Shown: positions 39,566 through 51,329 of the stretch, piece by piece
How the letters are laid out: each line of letters begins with the position of its first letter
How positions within the stretch are numbered: position 1 is the first letter of the stretch
Assembly: GCA_030390025.1 (NCBI GenBank)
Contig: JASTWF010000033.1
Coordinates: forward strand, 4,714,001-4,778,000
Direction: 5' to 3'
DNA length: 64,000 nt
Origin: Squalus acanthias
Taxonomy: Eukaryota
Program-made: the position numbers and the translations under genes
Notes under the pieces: model-generated
Database searches by the model: none
What the model was told of the DNA's origin: nothing
What the model saw: only the letters and a program-made list of their open reading frames with translations

Positions 39566-40903
39566 TAAAGGAAGGGATGGTTTTCAGAGGGGAACAGTGG
39601 GCAGTTCCGCAGCAGCACCGGAGAGAATTCCTTCATTTGGCCCACGAGGGTCCAGGAGCGGGGCACCCCGGGCCGGTGACCACCTGGCAACGGGTGGAAC
39701 AGGCAGGGCGGTGGCCGCAACTGAGGGAGGACGTTCGCGACTTCTGCGCAGATTGCTTGGTGTGTGTTGCAAACAACCTTGACCCCCCAAAAAGGAAGGC
39801 ATCCATGGGACACATTAGGAGAGTGGAGGGACCATGGCAGTGCATACAGGTCAATTATATCGGACCGCTGCCCACCGCGCAGGGGGGGTTACAAGTACTG
39901 CCTGGTCCTGGTGGATGTATACCCTAAATGGGTAGAAGCCATCCCATGCCGAACAGCCACAGCTTTGTGGACCGCAAGGATTCTAGTGAGAGAAGTGTTA
40001 TCTAGGTGGGGGCTAACACGGTATGTGGAGTCCGATCAGGGGAGTCACTTCACAGGGGCAGTCATGCAGGCGACTCTGAAGATGCCAGGTGTAGAGGGTA
40101 AATGGCACGTCGCACACAATCTGCAGTCATTGGGGATTGTGGAGCGGATGAATAGGACCATCAAGGAAAGGTTACGGAAGGAGACAGGAGACTCGCCTAG
40201 AAAATGAGCGGAGGTCTTGCCATTAGTTCTGATGGGGGTCCGAGCCAGCCCGTCTAGAAGCACAGGGTATTCCCCGCATGAGCTCGTGACTGGCAGGGTC
40301 ATGAGGACGCCCAGCCATGTACTGGCCCCGGTTCTCACGGAAGGTCAGTTGAGAGAGGTGAACCGGGACAGGTTTGTTAAGAATTTGTTTGAGCATCTCA
40401 GACAGATCCATTGGCAGGCTGCCAGTAACATGGGGAAGCAACATCATAGAAATCGTTTATTGCTTGAGCCTCAGAGGCACCACGAGTGGAAGGTCGGAGA
40501 TCAAGTAATGGTTAGAAACTTCGCCAGGGTAGGGACTTTTGAACCGATATACATGGGACCATACAGTATCGTGGATAGGGCTAGTCCGATGGTATACGCG
40601 GTCAAAATGCCTCGACGCACTAAGTGGTTCCATATCAATCAGTGCAAGCTTTTCAACCCTGGGGAAAGAGCTGATAAGAGGAGGAAACAGCAGGGAGTGG
40701 TGAGCTGCGCTACAGGTGTGGGTCTCCAGCCCATAATCTGGGACTGTGAGGAGCCCACAGAGGGACCAGTCGTTCCGCCTGTGGGGGCAGCAGTGAGAAG
40801 GAGTGCCAGGATCCCACAGCCGAGGGAGCCATGGACGCCTCCTTACACACCGTTGAACGAAGGAAGCCGGAGTCGTAAGAGGCCCAGGGCCGAGGAGACC
40901 TAG
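39566..40903 (+). pseudogene. pol: pol 3' part: integrase
   Basis: HEGPGAGH...CLVC (HHCC); PWQCIQVNYIGPLP (first catalytic D replaced by N); LVDVYPKWVEA; SDQGSHF; GIVERMNRTIK; GPY motif. One frameshift and one stop. Confidence 0.92.
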
Positions 40904-41086
40904 TGTGGCCACCCGGAGACGGGTGGCGCTGTACATAACTTCTTTCTCTCCTGTCTGTTGCCTTAGCTTGTCTGTATAGTTGGATTGACATGTATGCTGT
41001 GGATACCAAATGTAATCGTGTGTAGCTGCGTCTGGAAAGGTGAGGCATCACCAAGGACAACGTTGCATTCTGTGTGTTTTCAGAGA

Positions 41087-42337
41087 ATGCTTAAGAACAA
41101 GATGAAGTCAGCCATGGTAGTCCTGAGCGTCATGATTGAAGCCAGCGCGAGTCACAGGGGCGACACCGAGGAATCGGTTATCTTCGGCTGCACCGGCGGA
41201 GACGGACCGACCGTGACCACTGGAGGTAGCTCGAAGGATGGGGCGAGCGTTTATCTCCACGAGGGAAGATGGCCTGGATGGCTGGGGTCGAATTCATCCC
41301 GGTATTCCAGACATGACAAGTTCACCTATGGTGAAGCGTCCATCCCACGCCCGAGAATAGGGGTTACCACCTCCTGGGTTAGGGTAACAGAGGGTAAACG
41401 GGTGTGCCTTAGCTGTAGGGGACACATTCCACTGGGAAGGTGGTGGTGGCTCAGGAAACTGAGCGCGGATACAGGGGACCTAACAGCTGACTGGGAAAGA
41501 CTAAGTAATGACACGTACCGGACGATCACGGGTTCTCAGGGAGGAGTGAATGTGTGTTGGGATAAGTGGTGGGAATCTGAGGAAGCGCTTTATGTGTGTA
41601 TGTGGGGGTCGGAAAAGATCTGCCCAGCGGGTGTGTCGATGGCGTTTAGCAGGACACCGGGGGTGGGATCGGTTGGGATCGGAGTGCGGACTCCTGTGTG
41701 ATCCCAAATCCCCCGAATACCATCAACGCCACAGAGCTCATCTCATACACCAGGAAGCCCCCGCCCAGAGCCCCGACGGTACAGACGGCTGTAGATGTGT
41801 GTCCCACCACCACCAGGGGTCCAGGGAATGGGTTGGTGTTAATCCCGACTGAAAAAGTGTTGTTTCAGAACGTGCTCTACGCCGTGGCAGCCGTGACCCT
41901 GAACCTGACTGAAGTCCACCTGCCTGTGTGGTGTCCAAGGAAGACGGAGAAGCTTTATGAAGCTCTGTTAAAAGCGATGTTACAGGAATTTTTTGAACTG
42001 GACCATGGACATGTAGAGAAAGAACAGCTTTATAATCTGAATGTTGGGGATAGTGTGGGGTCCGGGAGGCAGTGAATAGGGACCTGGAACAATTCCTTTT
42101 CTGCCAGAACATCTCACTGAGTTAATAAAGACCGTTGAACTCTCCCAGAAACATTTTTACACTTTGGAGCAAAAGACAGTAGAAGTGGGTGAGGAGATCA
42201 AGGGGATTGTCTCGCCACCATGGTGGGACATCGGTCTGAGTATAGAGATTCCTCCCTGGATCCGCATCTGTTCCCATGCATCAGTTATCATACAATTGTT
42301 GCTTGTAAGCTACTTATTCTACACCAGCTGCGGGTGA
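41087..42337 (+). pseudogene. env: env-like glycoprotein gene, frameshifted and probably internally deleted
   Basis: Acceptor-like tgtgtgttttcag (ends 41083) just before ATG 41087; signal-like MKSAMVVLSVMIEASA; Ig-like domain; sequons NSS, NDT, NAT, NLT. A frame not in the ORF track (42080-42337) reads LPEHLTELIKTVELSQKHFYTLEQKTVEVGEEIKGIVSPPWWD...ICSHASVIIQLLLVSYLFYTSC, i.e. heptad, Trp-rich segment, TM. Confidence 0.72.
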
Positions 42338-42491
42338 TGGAGCCAGATGCTCCGAGCGCGGTGGCAAGGGGTGTTAGATCGATCCGGAAAGGTGTCATTG
42401 ATTTATGTTGATGATGGTTTCTCCCTGCAAAAACTTGTAATGTACCAAGGTTCTGTAAGCAAGTGTATAGTATTCTGGTTATAGCTTTACA

Positions 42492-43135
42492 CTCTGTATT
42501 GTGCGATGTGCGCTGTTGTATTTTTGTAATGTGTTACCACCTGTCAATGCTAAACTGTGTGATGTTCGCTGTTGTATTTTTGTAATGTGTTACCACCTGT
42601 CAATGCTGTACTGTGTGATGTGCGCGGTTGTATTTTTGTAATGTGTTACCACCTGTCAATGCTGTACTGTGTGATGTGCGCTGTTGTATTTTTGTAATGT
42701 GTTACCACCTGTCAATGCTGTATTGTGCGATGTGCGCTGTTGTATTTTTGTAATGTGTTACCACCTGTCAAAGCTAAACTGTGTGATGTTCGCTGTTGTA
42801 TTTTTGTAATGTGTTACCACCTGTCAATGCTGTACTGTGTGATGTTCGCTGTTGTATTTTTGTAATGTGTTACCACCTGTCAATGCTGTACTGTGTGATG
42901 TTCGCTGTTGTATTTTTGTAATGTGTTACCACCTGTCAATGCTGTACTGTGTGTTGTGTGCTGTTGTATTTTTGTAATGTGTTACCACCTGTCAATGCGG
43001 TACTGTGTGATGTTCGCTGTTGTATTTTTGTAATGTGTTACCACCTGTCAATGCTGTACTGTGTGATGTGCGCGGTTGTGTTATTGTAGTGTGTTACCAC
43101 CTGTCAATGCTGTACTGTGTGATGTGCGCGGTGAC
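42492..43135. repeat. 56-bp minisatellite (~11 copies) inside the provirus between env and the 3' LTR
   Basis: Unit gctgttgtatttttgtaatgtgttaccacctgtcaatgctgtactgtgtgatgtgc; period 56. Confidence 0.95.
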
Positions 43136-43394
43136 TTTTTGGTAGCCTCCTGTGGATCTTATTAATTTTCTGTATTTTGATTTGAAGTTTGTCGGTGGGA
43201 ATTTGAACCCAGCCGTTTGAATGTGTTCAGAAGCCGTTTCGCTGATGTTTTTACTCAGTAGAAGGGAACTATGACACGCGGTAAGGGGTGCAGTTCTGGG
43301 GTTTAAAATGTAAAATCAGAGAAACAGCTTCACTTGCGGGAGACTTTGACCTTTGCTCTCTCGTCGAGTGATGCTTTGTGGAAAGACAAGCATC

Positions 43395-43405
43395 AAACGG
43401 GGGAC
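43395..43405 (+). promoter_or_regulatory. Polypurine tract
   Basis: aaacgggggac lies immediately before the TG of the 3' LTR. Confidence 0.65.
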
Positions 43406-44438
43406 TGAAGAGATCGCAAAGTTTCTGTTTGAAGAATGGACTCAGTCGAGAATATTTTGTGGATATTATGGGATTTTTCTGAGAATATTTTCCCTGTGAT
43501 GGGCTCACCTGGGCAGATATGTGAAAAAGTGGTTTGTTAAAACTCCAGAGAATGCATGGCAGTTGGCTGTGACGAAAGAACTGTCAGTCATCCAGAATAT
43601 GCAAAGGCACTTCTCACCTCCATCTCAGAAGAGAAGCAGAACAATGAACCCACTGGCCTAGCCAGCCGGAGAGGAGCCAGTTTTTCCCAACACAAAGACC
43701 GAATTATGTTCCAGAATTAGGGCCATTAGTACAAACACGGAGTACACATGGGTATGAGGATGACCAATTACTGATTAAGCACTGGAGTGCTTCGAAACAA
43801 AAGGATTTTAAAGATTGACGGGAATGATAGGGGTAGCAAGACTCCAATAAAGATAGATCCTTTCCCACCATCTCTCTCTCTCTCTGTCTCGCTCTCGCCC
43901 CAACAAGATCGACCTAACAAGAAGTACCAGAGGAAGAAGCAGCTAAGCGGAGCGATCGAGACGGACTGCGTGTGGGGGTAAGCATGATCTCGAGTGTCCC
44001 AAGCCCGTAACCAGAGGGATCAGAGTTTCTCAGAAGTGAAGCTTTTGGGCTATTCCGAGGGTGTGAGCTTTGTTTGGTTCAGCCAGGCCAAGGGGCTTAT
44101 GCGACTGGGTAATTCGTTGTTAGGGGTGGAATTAGAGTCCACCATGGCAACAAGGGAATTACTGCTTGTCATAGTCCCCAGTTTTGTACTGTATGTATGT
44201 TGTTTGTAACCTGGATTTTATTCTCCACAGAGACAGTGATTTCGTTTAGTAGTGCACGTTTTAGCCAGTGTATGTTAGACCAAATAAATATAAGTTTGAT
44301 TTTTCACTGATGCATTCCTGTCCGTGACTTATTTCATTTACACTCTAAATAATAATTCCCGGGTATAGAACTATCGTAAGGCGGGGGCGATTCGAACCGT
44401 CCGTCTAGCTGTTGGGCCAGGATCAAAAACCACTTACA
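43406..44438 (+). repeat. 3' LTR
   Basis: tgaagagatc...cacttaca, colinear with 25144-26172 but with many substitutions. Confidence 0.92.
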
Positions 44439-46062
44439 TAGGGAAATGGTGTTAGGGAAATTGATGGGATTGAAGGCCGATAAATCCCCAGGGCCTGATA
44501 ATCTACATCCTAGGGCATGTAAGGAAGTGGCCCAAGAAATAGTAGATGCATTGCTGGTCATCTTCCAAAATTCTATCGACACTGGAACAGTTCCCATGCA
44601 TTGGAAGAAGCTTATGTAACCCCACTATTTAAAAAAGGTGGTCGAGAGAAAATGGGGAATTATGGACCGGTAAGTCTGACATGGGTAGTGGGAAAAAAGC
44701 TAGAGTCCATTATAAAAGATGTAATAGCAGAGCACTTGGAAAACAGTGACAGGAAAGGACAAATTCAACATGAATTTACAAGAGGTAAATCATGCTTGAC
44801 TAATCTACTGAAATTTTTTGAGGATGTAACTGGTAGAATAGATAAGGGAGAACCAGTGGATGCGGTGTATTTTGACTTTAAGAAGGATTTCGATAAGGTC
44901 CCGCATAAGAGATTAGCGTGCAAATTTAAAGCACATGGGATTGGGGGTAAGGTACTGCCTTGGATAGAGAACTGGTTGGCAGACAGGAAGCAAAGAGTTG
45001 GAATAAACGGGTCTTTTTCCGAGTGGCAGGCAGTGACTAGTGGGGTACCACAGGGATCGGTGGTAGGACCCTAGCTATTCACAACATATACAAATGATCT
45101 AGACGAGGGAACTAGTTGTAATGTCTCCAAGTTCGTAGACGACATAAAGCTGGGTGGGTGTGTGTGCTTTGAGGAGGATGCAGAGAAACTCCAGTATGAT
45201 TTGGACTGGTTGGGTGATTGGGCAGATGCATGGCAAATGCAGTATAATGTGGATAAATGCGAGGTTGTCCACTTCAGTGGCAAAAACAGGAAGGCAGATT
45301 ATTATCTGAACGGCAATAGATTGGGAAAAGGGGAAGTGCAACGAGACCTGGGAGTCCTTGTGCACCAGTCGCTGAAGGTAAGCATGCAGGTGCAGCAGGC
45401 GGTTAAGAAGGCAAATGATATGTTGGCCTTCATCGCGAGACGATTCGAGTACAGGAACAAGGATGTCTTGCTGCAGTTGTACAGGGCCTTGGTGAGACCA
45501 CACCTTGAGTATTGTGTGCAGTTTTGGTCGCCTTATCTGAGGAAGGATGTTCTTGCCATGGAGGGAGTGCAGCGAGGATTTACCAGACTGATACCTGGGA
45601 TGGCAGGAATGACATATGAGGAGAGATTGGGTCGATTAGGCTTATATTAGCTAGAGTTTAGAGAATGAGAGGGGATCTCATTGAAACTTATAACATTCTA
45701 ACAGGACTAGACAGTCTAGATGCAAGAATGGATATTCCCGATGGCGGGGGAGTCCAGAACCAGAGGTCACAGACTCTGGATAAGGGGTAAGCCATTTAGG
45801 ACTGAGATGAGGAGGAATTTCTTCCTCCAGAGAGTGGTGAACCTGTGGAATTCTCTACCACAGAAGGTAGTAGAAGTCAATTCATTAAATATATTCAAGA
45901 AGGAGCTCGATATATTTCTTAAGGCTAAAGGAATCAAGGGATCTGGGGAGAAAGCAGGGACAGGGTATTGAATTTGGATGATCAGCCATGATCTCATTAA
46001 ATGGCGGAGCAGGCACGAGGGGCCGAATGGCCTACTCCTGCTCCTATTTTCTATGCTTCTAT
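44439..46062 (+). mobile_element. CR1 LINE RT fragment to 3' tail
   Basis: GLKADKSPGPD, DKVPHKRL, GVPQGS and VRPHLEYCVQFWSP; tail ttctatg. Confidence 0.92.
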
Positions 46063-46064
46063 GA

Positions 46065-46650
46065 AACTGAGAACAGGGGAAGTAAGGGGAACACGGTAAC
46101 TGTTTAATTAGAAACAGTGAACAGGGGAAGTAAGGGGAACACGATAACTGTTTAATTAGAAACAGAGAACAGGGGAAGTAAGGGGAACACGGTAACTGTT
46201 TAATTAGAAACAGTGAATAGGGGAAGTAAGGGGAACACAGTAACTGTTTAATTAGAAACAGTGAACAGGGGAAGTAAGGGGAACACGGTAACTGTTTAAT
46301 TAGAAACAGTGAACAGGGGAAGTAAGGGGAACACAGTAACTGTTTAATTAGAAACAGTGAACAGGGGAAGTAAGGGGAACACAGTAACTGTTTAATTAGA
46401 AACAGTGAACAGGGGAAGTAAGGGGAACACGGTAACTGTTTAATTAGAAACAGAGAACAGGGGGAGTAATGGGGAACACGGTAACTGTTTAATTAGAAAC
46501 AGTGAACAGGGGGAGTAATGGGGAACACGGTAACTGTTTAATTAGAAACAGTGAACAGGGGGAGTAATGGGGAACACGGTAACTGTTTAATTAGAAACAG
46601 TGAACAGGGGGAGTAAGGGGAACACGATAACTGTTTAATTAGATATAGCG
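46065..46650. repeat. 48-bp minisatellite (~12 copies)
   Basis: Unit ggggaagtaaggggaacacggtaactgtttaattagaaacagtgaaca; period 48. Confidence 0.95.
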
Positions 46651-46834
46651 GACAGGACGATTATGGGGAACTTAACAACAGTTTAAATAGAAATAGAGGA
46701 CATGGAAATGTAGCAGAACACAGTGACTGTTTATTTGGAAATAGAGAACAGGGGAAGAAAGAGGTACACGGTAAGTTTTCAATTAGAAATAGAGGACGGA
46801 AAAAGAGGTCTTCCAATATCCTAATATATACTGG

Positions 46835-49800
46835 GATAGAAATCGTGTAAAGGGCAGAGAGGGGAACCAATTTCTGAAGTGTGTTCAGGAGAACTTTCTT
46901 GATTAGTATGTTTCCGGCCCAACGAGGAAGGGGAGATTGCTAAATCTGCTTCTGGGGGATGAGGTGGGTCAAGTGGAGCAATTTCTGTAGGGGAACATTT
47001 AGGGAACAGTGATCATAGAATCATAAGGTTTAGATTAGCTATTAAAAAAGGACAGGGAGCAATCTAGAGTACAAATACTAATTTGGAGGAAGGCCAATTT
47101 CAGTGGTTTGAGAACTGATCTGGCCTGGGTAAATTGGAATCAAAAATTGGCAGGCAAAACTGTAATTGAACAAGGGGCTGCCTTTAAAGAGGAGATGGTT
47201 TGGGTACTGCCGAGGTACTTTCCCACAAGGGGGAACGGTAGGGCAACAAAAGCCAGAGCTCCTGGATGATGAAAGAGATGGAGAATAAGATGAAGGAGGA
47301 AAAGGGGGAGTATGACAGATGTCTGGTTGAGAATACAAGTAAGAACCAGGCTGAATATAGAAAGTTCAGAGTTGAAGTGAAAAAAGGAAATAAGAGGGGA
47401 AAAGAGAGCAGGAGAATAGACTGACAGCTAACATAAAATGCAATCCAAAAGTCTTGTATATGCATATAAATAATAAACGGGTAGTAAGAGGAGGGGTAGG
47501 ACCGTTTAGGGACCAAAAGGGAGACCTACGCATGGAAGCAGAGGGCATGGCTGAGGTACTAAATGAATGATGTGCATCTGTCTTTACCAAGGAAGGAATG
47601 CTTCCAAAGTCATAATAAATGAGGAGGTAGATGAGATACTGGATGGGATAAAAATAGGTAAAGAGGAGGTAGTAGAATGGCTGGCAGAACTTAAAGTAGA
47701 TAAGTCACCAGGACGGGATGGGATGCATTCTAGGATACTGAGGTTGGTAATGGTGGAAATTGCGGAGGTACTGGCCATAATCTTCCAATCCTCTTTAGAT
47801 ACAGGGGTGATGCCAGAGGAAAGGAGAATTGCAAATGTTATACCCTTGTTCAAAAAAAGGCTGGAAGGATAAACCCAGCAACCACAGACCAGCCAGTTTA
47901 ACCCAGATAGTGGGGAAGCTTTTAGAAACGATAATCCGGGACATAAGTAACAGTCACTTGGACAAGTGTGGATTAACTATGGAAAGCCTGCACGGATTTG
48001 TCAAAGGCAAATCATGTTTAACTAACTTGAGTAGTTTTTTGATGAGGTAACAGAGAGTGTTGATGAGGGCAATGCGGTTGATGTGGTGTACATGGACTTC
48101 AAAAAGGCGTTTGATAAAGTGCCAGATAATAGGATTGCCAGAAAAGTTGAAGCCCATGGAATAAAAGGGACAGTGGCAGCATGGCACGAAATTGGCTATG
48201 TGACAGTAAACAGAGGGCCAGAAATTCGGCTCTCCACGGGTGAGTACGCACTGTGTACTCACCCGTAAGGCCACCTGAAGTGCCGGTTTCACGCATGCAC
48301 TGTGCATGCACCAGAAACCGGAACTTCCGTTCCCCTGAAGGAAGGGGTTCAGAAGTCGAATGCGTGCGCAGGAGAGGCAGCGCGCACGCAGAGTCCTTCG
48401 GTTTTTTTTCTGCTTTCTCCATGAGGGTAAGTATGGAAAAGCTGCACATTTAAAAAGGAGGCGCAAGGCCTGTTTTAAACAAGGTAAGTGGTTAATTAAG
48501 TACAATTTAAACATTTTTTCAACAGGTTTATGTTTTTTACATACTTTAAAGAAAGGAAAGTTTCTTTTTAGCACCGTTAAAAAGTGTAATTAACTTTTTC
48601 AAAAATTTAAACTTTTGTTTAAAGTAGTTAATTTACGTAATTTATAGTTATTTAAAAAATGTGATGTATTTTTTTTAATTTATTTGAAGTTTTAGTAAGG
48701 TTTTGGGGCCGATCTCTATTCATAGATTTGACAGGTCTTCCTGTCAAATCTATGATTGAAAATGCCCTGCTAGGATTGGCTCTCCATGGCCCACGTGATC
48801 CCAGGGGACGCTTCGAACAAACTGCGCCCCTGGGATATGCGAGCACTGCACGCCGGCAGCTGCAGGAGGCCCAGGACCCGAAGTCCTCGTGGGCCCGAAG
48901 CTCAACGGCAGGCACGGTAGGTAAGTACGCGCGCGATGCTTGCCCCTACAGGAAGCCGGAGAGCCGAATTTCTGGCCCAGAGAGAAGTGGTGAGCGGCTG
49001 TTTTTCAGACTGAAGGATAGTATGCAGTGGTGGTCCCCAGGGGCTGGCACCAGGACCACTGCTTTACTTGATATATATTAATGACTTGGACTTGGGTATA
49101 CAGGGCACAATTTCAAAATTTACAGATGAAACAAAACTTGGACGTATAGTGAACAGTGAGGAGGATAGTGATAGACTTCAAGAAGACATAGACAGGCTGA
49201 CTGAATCGCTGGACACCTGGCAGATGAAATTTAATGCAGAAACGTACGAATGATACATTTCGGTAGGAAGAATGAAAAGAGGCAATATAAACTAAAAGGT
49301 GCCATTCTGAAGGGGGTGCATGATCAGAGCATCCTGGGGGTATATGTGCACAAATCGTTGAAGGTGGCAGGGTAGGCTTAGAAAGCAGGATCCTGGGCTT
49401 CATAAATAGAGGCAGAGAGTAGAAAAGCACGGAAGTTATGATGAACCTTTACAAAACAGTATTTCGGTCTCAACTGCAGCATTGCGTCCAATTCATGGCA
49501 CCGCACTTTAGGAAGGATGTGAAGACCTCAGTGAGGATGCTGAAAAGATTTACAAGAATGGTTCCAGGTATGAGGGACTTCAGTTACATGGATAGACTGG
49601 AGAAGCTGAGGTTGTTCTCCTTAAGGCAGTGAAGTTTGAGAGACGATTTGATAGATGTGTTCAAAATCATGAGGTGTATCGTCAGAGTAGAGAGAGCGAA
49701 ACTGTTCCCATTGGCGGAAGGGTCGTGAACCAGAGGACACAGCTTTAAGGTGATTGGCAGAAGAACCAAAGACGACATTTGGAAAAAAAAATGATGCAAC

Positions 49801-50005
49801 GAGTGGTTATGATCTGGAATGCCCTGCCTGAAAAGGTGGTGGAGGCAGATTCAATCACAGCTTTCAAAAGGGAATTGGATAAGTACGTGAAGTAAAATTA
49901 TCAGGTCTACGGGGACAGGGAAGGGGAGTGGGTCTAGTTGAAGTTCTCTTGCAGAGTGCTGGCATGGGCCCGACGGGCCGAATGGCCTCCTTCTATGCGG
50001 TAAAT
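46835..50005 (+). mobile_element. Old degenerate CR1 ORF2 (APE end to 3' end), interrupted by a MITE
   Basis: LKVDKSPGRDG, HGFVKGKSCLTNL, MDFKKAFDKVP and YINDLDLG; many stops. Confidence 0.88.
48215..48978. mobile_element. PIF/Harbinger-like MITE
   Basis: Perfect 21-bp TIRs gggccagaaattcggctctcc / ggagagccgaatttctggccc; 3-bp TSD aga; 764 bp. Confidence 0.88.
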
Positions 50006-50019
50006 TTATACAATTTTAT

Positions 50020-51030
50020 TATTATCCTTTGCAATGGAATAGCACTTTACAATGGAATAGATCTTTTCAATATAATAGTCCTTTGCAATGGAATAGCACT
50101 TTGCAATATAATAGTCCTTTGCAATGGAATAGCACTTTGTAATATAATACTCCTTTGCAATATAATAGTCCTTTGCAATTAAATAGCACTTTGCGATATA
50201 ATAGCCCTTTGCAATCGAATAGCACTTTGCAATATAATAGCCCTTTGCAATGGAATAGCAACTTGCAATGGAATAGTCCTTTGCCATGAAATAGCACTTT
50301 GCAATATAATAGTCCTTTGCAATGGAATAGCACTTTGCAATGTAATACTCCTTTGCAATATAATAGTCCTTTGCAATGGAATAGCACTTTGAAATATAAT
50401 AGTCCTTTGCAATTGAATAGCACTTTGCAATATAATAGCCCTTTGCAATTGAATAGCACTTTGCAATATAATAGCCCTTTGCAATGGAATAGCAACTTGC
50501 AATGGAATAGTCCTTTGCCATGAAATAGCACTTTGCAATATAATAGTCCTTTGCAATGGAATAGCACTTTGCAATATAATAGTCCTTTGCCATGAAATAG
50601 CACTTTGCAATATAATAGTCCTTTGCCATGAAATAGCACTTTGCAATATAATAGTCCTTTGCAATGGAATAGCACTTTGCAATATAATACTCCTTTGCAA
50701 TATAATAGTCCTTTGCAATGGAATAGCAAATTCCAATGGAATAGTCCTTTGCCATGAAATAGCACTTTGCAATATAATAGTCCTTTGCAATGGAATAGCA
50801 CTTTGCAATATAATACTCCTTTGCAATATAATAGTCCTTTGCCATGAAATAGCACTTTGCAATATAATAGTCCTTTGCCATGAAATAGCACTTTGCAATA
50901 TAATAGTCCTTTGCAATATAATAGTCCTTTGCCATGAAATAGCACTTTGCAATATAATAGTCCTTTGCAATATAATAGTCCTTTGCCATGAAATAGCACT
51001 TTGCAATATAATAGCACTTTGCAGTATAAT
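50020..51030. repeat. 18-bp AT-rich minisatellite with alternating variants (ctttgcaatataatagtc / ctttgcaatggaatagca)
   Basis: Direct tandem repeats with 36-bp higher-order alternation. Confidence 0.95.
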
Positions 51031-51329
51031 TGCGCTTTGCGGTGGACTGTGATTTTAAATGGGCTCCACTTGTGTTGCAGGATGGGGTCCCGCCCCGCTG
51101 CTTTGTGCCATTGTCTGGAGCCGCTCACAGGCTGCGCTGCTGCTCACACATACCCAGGCAGGCAGCACATGCTGCAGGGAGGAAGGAAGGAAGGAATGGT
51201 GGCTGCAGATCGCCAGCTCGGCTCCTGTGTGTGAGTGAGTGAGTGTGGAGCTCAGGACCAAAAGGGGCTGGGGGATTGGAGGGGGTGAAATGCATGTAGG
51301 GGCTGATTGACGCCCCAGGAGATGGGCAT

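Larger units (their letters stand above)
25144..44438 (+). mobile_element. Defective endogenous retrovirus-like element (LTR-gag-pro-RT-RH-RH-IN-env-LTR), lokiretrovirus-like, internally rearranged
   Basis: Two direct ~1.03-kb LTRs, PBS, PPT and all retroviral coding domains in order. It is interrupted by an inverted duplication and by CR1/SINE insertions. Confidence 0.9.

Noticed and set aside
25144..44438. Ordinary Ty3/Gypsy retrotransposon or an active provirus
   Set aside because: The RT motif, second RNase H and env-like gene argue against plain Gypsy. Stops, frameshifts and D-to-N changes in RT (LNISNGF) and IN (QVNYIGP) exclude activity of this copy.
42492..46650. 56-bp and 48-bp arrays as possible CRISPR-like arrays
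   Set aside because: The units are contiguous repeats without unique spacers, there are no cas genes, and the context is eukaryotic.
50006..51128. Three overlapping 275-353 aa ORFs on the minus strand
   Set aside because: They are translations of an 18-bp minisatellite lacking stops on that strand.
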